A DNA stretch of 43,578 nt, taken from IMG/VR virus record IMGVR_UViG_3300045988_008873, one strand, 5' to 3'. Each line of letters begins with the position of its first letter. The first letter of the stretch is position 1. The notes under the pieces were generated by a model. It ran no database searches and was not told the DNA's origin. It saw only the letters and a program-made list of their open reading frames with translations. Made by a program: the position numbers and the translations under genes. Origin of the DNA: a virus. Positions 1 to 6,703 of the stretch are shown one piece after another.

Positions 1-99
1 ATTTTTTTGTAGTACGGCTCTGGTGCTCTGTTCACCCACACCACGTTTACAAGTGCTCGTTCCTCCGGCAACCGCTCCGTCACCGGAATCCACCGCCGC
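1..99. repeat. Terminal overlap copy 1, identical to 43480..43578.
   Basis: Base-by-base comparison: atttttttgtagtacggctc...caccgccgc occurs at both ends of the window. Confidence 0.95.
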
Positions 100-269
100 T
101 TCTCCCGCAGCTCTGCGTTCGCGGCGGTCAGGCGCTCGATCAAATCAATGGCTGCCTCGCCTAAATGCACGATGCAATCCGCGTCGCTAAAAAGCGGGCA
201 TAAACCACCGTCTGCACAAACTTCTTTTTCGCAGCACCGCAGCGCCTGTATAATTTCCTTGTCTGTCAT
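1..269 (-). CDS. 5' portion of a wrap-around gene: Cys-rich N-terminus plus coiled coil, continuing into the DUF551-like C-terminus at 43302..43479. The full protein is 148 aa.
   Basis: ATG at 269..267 overlaps the upstream TGA (ATGA). Hand translation gives MTDKEIIQALRCCEKEVCADGG...REKRRWIPVTERLPEE with no stop down to base 1. The frame is continuous with the 43302..43562 ORF. Confidence 0.75.
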   Translation of the reverse strand, partial: MTDKEIIQALRCCEKEVCADGGLCPLFSDADCIVHLGEAAIDLIERLTAANAELREKRRWIPVTERLPEERALVNVVWVNRAPEPYYKK

Positions 270-1138
270 GTCGTCTCCTTCCAAAATTCGTTGAACTTTT
301 TTCCGGTAATAATTGGGCGGCACCATTCTCGCTGGAATCTCCGCCATTCAGAATCGTGCTTTCCATCCTCTCCGCGAAACAGCATGGCATACGGCACAAA
401 TCCTGCCTGCATGGTCTGCATCAAGCGTGTTTCTGCGTCCTCAAAACTATCTCCGTCATAGCCACACAGCACATAGCAGCACATGGAATGACTGGCTGGT
501 CGAAAACCTGCCATTCGCAGTTTCTTCCCCATCTCCATCAGCGGTTCAAGATCATCCTTCGTGTCATACGCCGTGTATAGCCTTGCCGGTTTTATCTCAT
601 GCAGCAGTTCCGCTTGCCATTGCTGCAATAGCGCCGGTTCTAAGCCGCCCGTAAAAACAGCTCTGTGCTTTTGCCGCTTGAGCATCTCACAGACTGCCCG
701 AAAATGCGCTTCTGACGTTCCAAGAATGTTGTCATCAAGGATGTTCCAGCCGTCCACGATCGGAAGCTCCCGAATTACGCCATGTGCGCAGCGCGGTACG
801 GAGCAGAACCAGCAGTCCTTTGTGCAGCCACGCGACGTGAAAATTAAGCCGTCTCTCAGATACAGTCCCGGTGTAAAGTCTCCCATTCGGTCATCAAATG
901 CAGGACCGCCGACCTCTACCGGAACGCCGAGAATCTGCCAAGCATCGTATAGCTCCTCCGCACGCTCCAAATCCCATGAAAAGGTTACGGAAATATGCGC
1001 CTCGCTCACGCAAGCCTTGATACAGTCCGCAATGTTCTCGATCGTCGGCTCTCGGAAGAACGCCAGCGCATCAGTCGGCGAAGCGTTTGTCTTTCGCGGG
1101 AAAACACGAGCAATCGCCGTCTGTTCTAAATTGCTCAC
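266..1138 (-). CDS. Radical SAM domain protein (290 aa).
   Basis: CxxxCxxC cluster motif in FTSRGCTKDCWFCSVP, about 105 residues from the N-terminus. Start and stop are coupled to the neighbouring genes. Confidence 0.7.
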   Translation of the reverse strand: MSNLEQTAIARVFPRKTNASPTDALAFFREPTIENIADCIKACVSEAHISVTFSWDLERAEELYDAWQILGVPVEVGGPAFDDRMGDFTPGLYLRDGLIFTSRGCTKDCWFCSVPRCAHGVIRELPIVDGWNILDDNILGTSEAHFRAVCEMLKRQKHRAVFTGGLEPALLQQWQAELLHEIKPARLYTAYDTKDDLEPLMEMGKKLRMAGFRPASHSMCCYVLCGYDGDSFEDAETRLMQTMQAGFVPYAMLFRGEDGKHDSEWRRFQREWCRPIITGKKFNEFWKETT

Positions 1139-1139
1139 G

Positions 1140-1775
1140 TCACATCGCCCCTCCCCACTGTTCCGCCATCGCCTTTGCGATTCCGGGGAATGTTTTACTT
1201 CGAATCTTCGCTCTATCCTTTCCAGGAGAAAGCCAATGCAGTCTATCTCGTTCGCGTTTTGGCTTTGCCAGGAACTCCTTTTTTACGTTTTCCGTTTCTT
1301 CCAGCATAGGCAGCCCTTTTAACCACAGGCAGGTGCTTTTTTCTTCTGGATGTCCAAACTGCCACGGGTGGATAACCTGGTCTGCCTTTCTGTACAGCGT
1401 AGACATTACGCTCACGGGATTTTCCACTGCTATTTTCGGCACATCACCCTCGACAAACCGCATGAAAAACGCAGCCGCTTCATATCTCAGGCTTAGTGGT
1501 TTCTTCCCTTCCACAAACCATCTCGCGCCAGAAACAGACAAATGTGTGCATGGCGGATGTGCAATCAGCAAATCCCATTTCCCGATGTCATGTTTAACAC
1601 CGTCCATCGTGGTAATGATTCCGCCATTGATGGCTTTTAGCGCATCACCGAGAATATGCCACTCCGGATGTCCGCCGGACGGCTCCTGAATGTCGCAGGA
1701 GTACGCCTCATGTCCAAGCGCACGAAACGCCTTGCAGACTTCCTGCGATTCCTCGCATGCTACCAAAACCCTCAC
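1140..1775 (-). CDS. Short DNA (cytosine-5) methyltransferase-like protein (211 aa).
   Basis: Has IAHPPCTHLS (PPC catalytic-type motif) and IAVENPV (ENV-type motif). The N-terminal VLVACEESQ stands where the FxGxG SAM loop would be. Confidence 0.6.
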   Translation of the reverse strand: MRVLVACEESQEVCKAFRALGHEAYSCDIQEPSGGHPEWHILGDALKAINGGIITTMDGVKHDIGKWDLLIAHPPCTHLSVSGARWFVEGKKPLSLRYEAAAFFMRFVEGDVPKIAVENPVSVMSTLYRKADQVIHPWQFGHPEEKSTCLWLKGLPMLEETENVKKEFLAKPKRERDRLHWLSPGKDRAKIRSKTFPGIAKAMAEQWGGAM

Positions 1776-1993
1776 ATCGCACCTCCTATTTCCCGTTTCC
1801 CTCTTGCCGCCCTCCGGCAGTTTCTCGCCCCGCCATCGGTCATCTGGCTTATGTCGATGATCTCGGCGCGCTTGTCGTAGCCCGCGTTCCGTTCAGCCTC
1901 ATAGGCAAGCCACGCTTCGCAGGTAGCCCCACAGCCCGGTTCGCGTCGCGGGCAGTCCTTGCCGCATGGTCCGGCGTATTTTTGCCTGATCAT
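1772..1993 (-). CDS. Hypothetical Cys-rich protein (73 aa, internal start MIRQKY).
   Basis: ATGA overlap with the upstream stop at 1990. The longer 151-aa form has an implausible R/G/P-rich N-terminus that overprints the 76-aa gene. Confidence 0.55.
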   Translation of the reverse strand: MIRQKYAGPCGKDCPRREPGCGATCEAWLAYEAERNAGYDKRAEIIDISQMTDGGARNCRRAARGKREIGGAM

Positions 1994-2220
1994 GTCTTCC
2001 TTCTGACCTGCACCGTCACTTCTGCCTCCCAGCACTCCGGCGCGCGGATGACGATCTTCTTGTCTCTGCCTTCTTCCGGGTCGTGGACGCTGACCAGATA
2101 AAACGTCATGTTCTTGTTCTTCTGCGGGTACTTCTTCGCCCGGATAGGCTTTCCCAGTTCCGGCATCAGCCGGGGATAGAGCCCAGAAATGATATCCGGA
2201 ATGACGATCCAAGTATTCAT
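1990..2220 (-). CDS. Hypothetical protein (76 aa).
   Basis: Protein-like composition (MNTWIVIPDIISGLYPRL...). Start and stop overlaps tile exactly with the neighbours. Confidence 0.55.
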   Translation of the reverse strand: MNTWIVIPDIISGLYPRLMPELGKPIRAKKYPQKNKNMTFYLVSVHDPEEGRDKKIVIRAPECWEAEVTVQVRRKT

Positions 2221-2933
2221 GCCCCATCCTCCATCATCTGCCGGATCGCCGCCCTCTGGAAATCAGACAGCTCGTCCCCGTGATGCTGCACGTTGTACCC
2301 CGGCTTCTTCCCCGGCTGTAACGGCGCGCCCTTCTCATGTTCTTTCGATTCCCACGTCAAGAACTTCTGCTTCCAGTTCCGTACTGGGTCACCCTTCCCG
2401 TCGACCCAATTTCCGGCAGAATAATAGTCAAAAAATTTCTGTGCCAGATTCGGGGCTCCACGCTCCTTCGCGTATGCGGAAACCTCTTCCAACGTAGGTG
2501 GTATAAATTTCTTACGTTTCTTCTCAGAAATAGAACTACTCTCTTTTCTATTTCCATTTCCATTTCCTAAAGGTAATACCGTGGTATTACCGCAAGCACT
2601 ACCATCAGCCATACCAGAGTTATCATTTTCTTTGTTCCAACGCTTGCTGATGTTCTCCCTTTGACGCTGGCAATGCTTGTCCCGTTTTTCGATTTCAAGC
2701 TCCATCCGGCGATTGAAGTACTTGCCGTCATCATCCTTCTGGAACTTGCTCATAACCTCGTCTGACGGCTTTTTGACAGCCCGTATGATTTCCTGCATCG
2801 TCATATGCCCGCGCTCTCTTTGGAGGCACAGGAGCGTGATATACTGCCCACGCTCCCGCATATCCATCAAGGCACAGCCGGATAGGAAATCCGACGTGTA
2901 AAACAAGACGGCAGGGTCTTTGTTGTTTGCCAT
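2217..2933 (-). CDS. DUF1376/YdaU-like replication protein with a DnaD-like C-terminal region.
   Basis: N-terminal PAVLFYTSDFLSGCALMDMRERGQYITLLCLQRE and C-terminal EEVSAYAKERG...FFDYYSAGNWVDGKGDPVRNWKQKF are both typical of phage replisome organisers. Confidence 0.6.
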   Translation of the reverse strand: MANNKDPAVLFYTSDFLSGCALMDMRERGQYITLLCLQRERGHMTMQEIIRAVKKPSDEVMSKFQKDDDGKYFNRRMELEIEKRDKHCQRQRENISKRWNKENDNSGMADGSACGNTTVLPLGNGNGNRKESSSISEKKRKKFIPPTLEEVSAYAKERGAPNLAQKFFDYYSAGNWVDGKGDPVRNWKQKFLTWESKEHEKGAPLQPGKKPGYNVQHHGDELSDFQRAAIRQMMEDGA

Positions 2934-2945
2934 CCCGCCACCGCC

Positions 2946-3347
2946 TTAGAACGGCAATTCTTCGCCGTCATCTTCGTCCATCATCGTAAACCCGCCGGGG
3001 TTTTCCGGGTTCTGCGGTTCGGTGTTTCGCTTGCCTTCGCCGAAGTAAACACTGTTCGCTACGACCTCAGCAGACCGGCGCTTATTTCCGTCCTTGTCCT
3101 TCCAGTCGCGCAGCTGCAATCTACCGTCCACGACGGCCATACTGCCCTTGAAAAAGTAACCGCTTACAAATTCAGCTGTTCCCGCCCACGCGACGCAGTC
3201 AATGAAATCCGTCTCTTTCTCTCCGCCCTTCGGCGTAAGATCGCGGTCAACGGCCAGCGTGAAGGATGCAACGGACGTTCCGCCCTGCGTCTTTCTCAGT
3301 TCCGGGTCACGCGTGAGCCTGCCCATAATAACAATGTGGTTCAGCAT
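2946..3347 (-). CDS. ssb: Single-stranded DNA-binding protein.
   Basis: OB-fold signature MLNHIVIMGRLTRDPELR...FTLAV and an acidic tail DEDDGEELPF. Confidence 0.9.
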   Translation of the reverse strand: MLNHIVIMGRLTRDPELRKTQGGTSVASFTLAVDRDLTPKGGEKETDFIDCVAWAGTAEFVSGYFFKGSMAVVDGRLQLRDWKDKDGNKRRSAEVVANSVYFGEGKRNTEPQNPENPGGFTMMDEDDGEELPF

Positions 3348-3523
3348 TTGCCGTCCTCCGTATCCGCCGCGTTCTCTTCTGGAGCGCCCAAAATGGCTTT
3401 CAAAACATCGTCGAAACGATACGAAGGCGTGCGCTTGTACGCCTCAAAAAGCATATCGTATCTCGCGCACTTCTTTGCCAATTCCTCATACTTTTCCGTA
3501 CTCAGTTTTACATAGGATTCCAT
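3341..3523 (-). CDS. Hypothetical protein (60 aa).
   Basis: The ORF fills the gap exactly and has a helical, charged composition. Confidence 0.5.
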   Translation of the reverse strand: MESYVKLSTEKYEELAKKCARYDMLFEAYKRTPSYRFDDVLKAILGAPEENAADTEDGKC

Positions 3524-3525
3524 AA

Positions 3526-3825
3526 TTACGTTCCTTTCTTATAAATCAGTTTCGTTTCCTCCCAATCGGGATATTTCATTTTGAGATACCGCCTGATATA
3601 CTCTCTCAGACTTTTGCGCTTCGGCGATTGGTCAAATGCCACATGGCAGCTATCGCATAGCGTCACAATGTTCTCTTCAATTCCAAGCCCGCCCTGCGAG
3701 CGTGGTATGTAATGACACCACGGATTGCCGGGGCGGAGGCAGACGATGCAGCGCCCGCCGTCGCGCTCCCAGACGGCTTTCTTGACCTTCTCAGGTATCT
3801 TTGTTGCCTTCGTTTCCTTTCTCAT
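3526..3825 (-). CDS. HNH endonuclease (99 aa, internal start MRKETK).
   Basis: GGRCIVC...CHYIPRSQGG...NIVTLCDSCH gives the Cys4 and HNH pattern. GGAGG lies upstream of the ATG at 3825. The 241-aa extension is R/S-rich overprinting of the NinB gene. Confidence 0.8.
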   Translation of the reverse strand: MRKETKATKIPEKVKKAVWERDGGRCIVCLRPGNPWCHYIPRSQGGLGIEENIVTLCDSCHVAFDQSPKRKSLREYIRRYLKMKYPDWEETKLIYKKGT

Positions 3826-4360
3826 CCTGCCTCCATTCCAGCGCCATACGCTCGAGTTCTTCCGGCGGGAGCGTCTCGATGCCCTGCTGTTTGCAGTCCT
3901 CAACGACCAGATCAATGAGCCGCGCCATCTGCTTTGTGTCGTAGGTGCTCGAGCCGTAGTAGCAAATGACATTCGTGCAGCCCGGAATTTTTGACGCCAT
4001 AATCTCTGTACACCAGCCGAGACCGTCGTGCTCCCAGCCTTCCCGGAACCGCTTGACCGCCGCGTCCGGAATGCAGATCGTATCGGAGTTATCGCCAACG
4101 TCCGGGATATAGTGCCGGTAGATTTCCTCCGGCGGCGCACCCACCTTGACCGAAAGCTTATTGCAAAGCACCCAGAGATATCGGTTTGCATCCAGACTCC
4201 GCTTCTTGCGGAACTCCTTGATCGTGACCGTGTACTTCTTCTGCGGTTCAATCTCCCCGGCTACCATCTGGGCTTGTCCGGGATGCTCCGGACGGAGCTT
4301 CAGCCAGCTCCCCGAAGCGTCCATGCTCCACGAAGCTTCAACGACATTCAGCTCTCTCAT
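3791..4360 (-). CDS. NinB/Orf-family recombination mediator.
   Basis: KKRSLDANRYLWVLCNKLS matches lambda Orf RSLDQNRKLWACLGDVS. The gene sits directly after the SSAP gene. Confidence 0.7.
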   Translation of the reverse strand: MRELNVVEASWSMDASGSWLKLRPEHPGQAQMVAGEIEPQKKYTVTIKEFRKKRSLDANRYLWVLCNKLSVKVGAPPEEIYRHYIPDVGDNSDTICIPDAAVKRFREGWEHDGLGWCTEIMASKIPGCTNVICYYGSSTYDTKQMARLIDLVVEDCKQQGIETLPPEELERMALEWRQDEKGNEGNKDT

Positions 4361-5037
4361 GCCTTACTCGCACAATTCCAGCAAAGGCATCTGCCAAAGC
4401 GCTTTCTCGTCTTTTCCGCTACCTGCAATGCGGTAAACTGTGTGCCGCCTTCCATGACCTGCGTGATCTCGCCTTTACAATCCGCGCAGACAAGGCGTGG
4501 AGTGCTTGGCGCCTCGGCTTTCCCAGCGTGTCCGAAGGTGTAGACCGGCTTTCCCTTCGATGCAAGCGTCAGCGTTTTGATTCGCTCCTGCTCGTCGTAG
4601 GTGATCTCCGTCACGTCAAACTGGTCAGAGCATTGCCAGCGGCCTGTCTTGTCGTTCTTCTTGAGCCTCTGGCACTTCGCCGCGTCAATCCAGATAAACG
4701 GCGCGGAGTAGAGCTCCCGCCCGATACCGTGCTTAAAGCCGGCTCTTTTGAACGCATCCGAAGCCCGTCCCTTCTCAGCCTCTGTGTTGCTCTCTGTGCC
4801 TGCGTCCCACTTCCAGATCAGTTTCCCGCCCTTTCCGTAGTCCACGCCGATACCGCCGTACAGAACGCCGTCGACCAGCTTAAAATCATTCTCCCAGTTC
4901 TGCGCGCCTACCGTCTCGTCAAGCAAGTCCGCATCCGTTCTTGCCGTCTTGTACAGCAGAATCGACGCGCCCTTTTCGTTGCACTGTGCCACGCGGCACT
5001 CAATTTCATCCGGCCTTAAAAGGCGAAACTGCTTCAT
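4357..5037 (-). CDS. Rad52/Sak-type single-strand annealing protein with a C-terminal zinc ribbon.
   Basis: GRASDAFKRAGFKHGIGRELY is the Rad52-family hallmark. The C-terminus has CADCKG...CLCWNC. Confidence 0.75.
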   Translation of the reverse strand: MKQFRLLRPDEIECRVAQCNEKGASILLYKTARTDADLLDETVGAQNWENDFKLVDGVLYGGIGVDYGKGGKLIWKWDAGTESNTEAEKGRASDAFKRAGFKHGIGRELYSAPFIWIDAAKCQRLKKNDKTGRWQCSDQFDVTEITYDEQERIKTLTLASKGKPVYTFGHAGKAEAPSTPRLVCADCKGEITQVMEGGTQFTALQVAEKTRKRFGRCLCWNCASKA

Positions 5038-5267
5038 GTTTTATCCTCCGTTTCTTCGATCAGTTCCAGCGGGCAGTCACTTCCAACATACCTGCCCGGC
5101 CAGAGCAGCGGCTCGTTTGTCAGTCCGCACCGGCTGCTGCTCTTGCGGTAAAACTGGCACGCATCGCAGCAAATGTATTCGTTCCCTTTCAGATCGACCG
5201 GGAACACCACCCTGACGACCGCCGCCGTCTGAATATACCGGCTCACGCCGCTTTCAAAGTTCGCCAT
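5034..5267 (-). CDS. Hypothetical Cys-containing protein (77 aa).
   Basis: ORF with an ATGA-type overlap to the downstream gene. Confidence 0.5.
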   Translation of the reverse strand: MANFESGVSRYIQTAAVVRVVFPVDLKGNEYICCDACQFYRKSSSRCGLTNEPLLWPGRYVGSDCPLELIEETEDKT

Positions 5268-5279
5268 GTTCCCTCCTTC

Positions 5280-5504
5280 TCAGCCGGGACAGAACGTCTT
5301 CTTCTGATACCCCAGCTGCTCTAATATCCACTTTGTTCCCATCGTCTCTACCAGATCGCAAATGACATGATTGCCCGGGTCAAAGTTCTCAGAATCGCCC
5401 ACAAAGATATCTCCATCGTTTCCGGCGAAGTATTCTTCGCCTTCGTAAATCTCAGCGCCGAACCGGTCAAACATACATTGCGCTTGCTGTCTGTCTTCCA
5501 TCAT
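5280..5504 (-). CDS. Hypothetical acidic protein (74 aa).
   Basis: ORF with protein-like composition. Confidence 0.5.
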   Translation of the reverse strand: MMEDRQQAQCMFDRFGAEIYEGEEYFAGNDGDIFVGDSENFDPGNHVICDLVETMGTKWILEQLGYQKKTFCPG

Positions 5505-5513
5505 TCCACCAAC

Positions 5514-5687
5514 TCACCTCCACGCTTCTGTAAACACCGTCCAGAACACGATATCGCGGTACGTGACCTTCTGCTCCTGCGGCGCTTCTGGCGGATTCGC
5601 GCATATATAACAAAACCACTCCCGCCATCTGTTGCACATGCAATTCTCCCCGCGCCCTTTCGTGCAGCTCTCACAAGGATGCTCCAT
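5514..5687 (-). CDS. Small Cys-rich protein (57 aa), below the ORF-track length cutoff.
   Basis: Hand translation gives MEHPCESCTKGRGENCMCNRWREWFCYICANPPEAPQEQKVTYRDIVFWTVFTEAWR. It starts 1 nt after the upstream stop and fills a gap otherwise covered only by an implausible R/G-rich 127-aa ORF. Confidence 0.5.
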   Translation of the reverse strand: MEHPCESCTKGRGENCMCNRWREWFCYICANPPEAPQEQKVTYRDIVFWTVFTEAWR

Positions 5688-5688
5688 A

Positions 5689-5952
5689 TCATGCCCCCGT
5701 CAGTATCGCGCCGACGAAGAAGCACGCCGCCGCGCCTCCAAGCGTGACCGCCGCCCGGAACAGGCCAAAGCCAAGCATAACCGCCGTACCGCCCAGCAGC
5801 ATACACGCCACGGAGAAGCAGGCTGTTTCCGCGATCTTCATCAGGCTCTTTTGCCTCTTGCGAAGCCGTACGATCTCGTCCCACCTTTCGCCAAGCTCGC
5901 GCTCCCGCGCCGCTCTGTGGTTTAACTCCGTGATAATCTCAACGTCACTCAT
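5689..5952 (-). CDS. Small membrane protein (87 aa from MSDVEII).
   Basis: Two hydrophobic segments (ACFSVACMLLGGTAVMLGFGLF and AAACFFVGAILTGA). GGAGG lies 7 nt before the ATG at 5952, which overlaps the upstream TGA. Confidence 0.6.
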   Translation of the reverse strand: MSDVEIITELNHRAARERELGERWDEIVRLRKRQKSLMKIAETACFSVACMLLGGTAVMLGFGLFRAAVTLGGAAACFFVGAILTGA

Positions 5953-6703
5953 TCTCTGCCTCCACAAATTCGCCGCACATGATATTCTCCGGCTTGGTCT
6001 TCGCGATAATTTTTCTGTATTCGCTTGTGATTCTCACGCGGAGGCCTGCGTAAATGCCAAACTCACAGCCTGCCTCGATGCCTTCGCCTGCCTTGATGCC
6101 ACAGCCTGCCTCGATGCCACAGCCTGCCTCGATGCCTTCGCCTGCCTTGATGCCCCAGCCTGCCTTGATGCCCCAGCCTGCCTCGATGCCTTCGCCTGCC
6201 TTGATGCCACCGCCTGCCTCGATGCCTTCGCCTGCCTCGATGCCACAGCCTGCCTCGATGCCCCAGCCTGCCTTGATGCCACAGCCTGCCTTGATGCCAC
6301 AGCCTGCCTCGATGCCACAGCCTGCCTCGATGCCTTCGCCTGCCTTGATGCCCCAGCCTGCCTCGATGCCTTCGCCTGCCTTGATGCCACAGCCTGCCTC
6401 GATGCCACAGCCTGCCTCGATGCCACAGCCTGCCTCGATGCTTCCGGAAACTTCTAGCCGTCCAGCAAAAATGATTGATTTTTCAGTGATCAGATCGCCG
6501 TCCACCTTCCGGACATCATCCGTCCTGCCGAATACGGAAAGCAGCCATGACCCGTAGCTGAAACCCTTCTCCGCGCAGCAGTCCAGCAAATCCTGATACT
6601 CTACGCCATCCGGATACTTTTCTTCCGGGAATTCTTTCAGAAAATCCCTGTATCCGGCTGCACATGCGCCTTTCTCCCGCAGGAGCTCCTTTGTAATTTT
6701 CAT
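5945..6703 (-). CDS. Hexapeptide-repeat protein: a roughly 95-aa N-terminal domain followed by about 21 xGI(E/K)AG repeats.
   Basis: Strong SD aaggaggatgaaATG. The protein reads ...SGSIEAGCGIEAGCGIEAGCGIKAGEGIEAGWGIKAG... Confidence 0.8.
   Translation of the reverse strand: MKITKELLREKGACAAGYRDFLKEFPEEKYPDGVEYQDLLDCCAEKGFSYGSWLLSVFGRTDDVRKVDGDLITEKSIIFAGRLEVSGSIEAGCGIEAGCGIEAGCGIKAGEGIEAGWGIKAGEGIEAGCGIEAGCGIKAGCGIKAGWGIEAGCGIEAGEGIEAGGGIKAGEGIEAGWGIKAGWGIKAGEGIEAGCGIEAGCGIKAGEGIEAGCEFGIYAGLRVRITSEYRKIIAKTKPENIMCGEFVEAENE
6044..6445. repeat. 18-bp tandem repeat, about 22 units, coding.
   Basis: The plus-strand unit is gcctgcct(c/t)gatgcc(aca/ttc/cca/acc), head to tail with no spacers. Confidence 0.95.

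Noticed and set aside
1-99. The 99-bp terminal duplication considered as LTR-like or transposon ends, or as a biological direct terminal repeat.
   Set aside because: The repeat lies inside an intact ORF that reads straight through the junction. Its length is typical of an assembler k-mer overlap on a circular contig. A real short DTR cannot be excluded without read data.
1772-2227. Long forms of several ORF-track entries: 1772..2227, 3526..4251, 5501..5884, 19389..19889, 22192..23829, 28379..29044 and 41155..41802.
   Set aside because: Their N-terminal extensions are R/G/S/P-rich, lack SDs and overprint better-supported upstream genes. Internal ATGs with SDs give exact ATGA or 1-nt junctions instead.
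6044-6445. The 18-bp tandem array considered as a CRISPR array.
   Set aside because: The units are contiguous with no spacers, they are only 18 bp long, and they lie in frame inside a well-supported CDS.
5744-6557. Three long ORFs running through the tandem repeat: 5744..6457 (+), 6054..6557 (+) and 6034..6426 (-). They encode ACLDA, PASMP and ASRQA repeats.
   Set aside because: They are alternative frames of the same 18-bp repeat. Only the 5945..6703 minus frame has a strong SD, a non-repetitive N-terminal domain and exact tiling with its neighbours.
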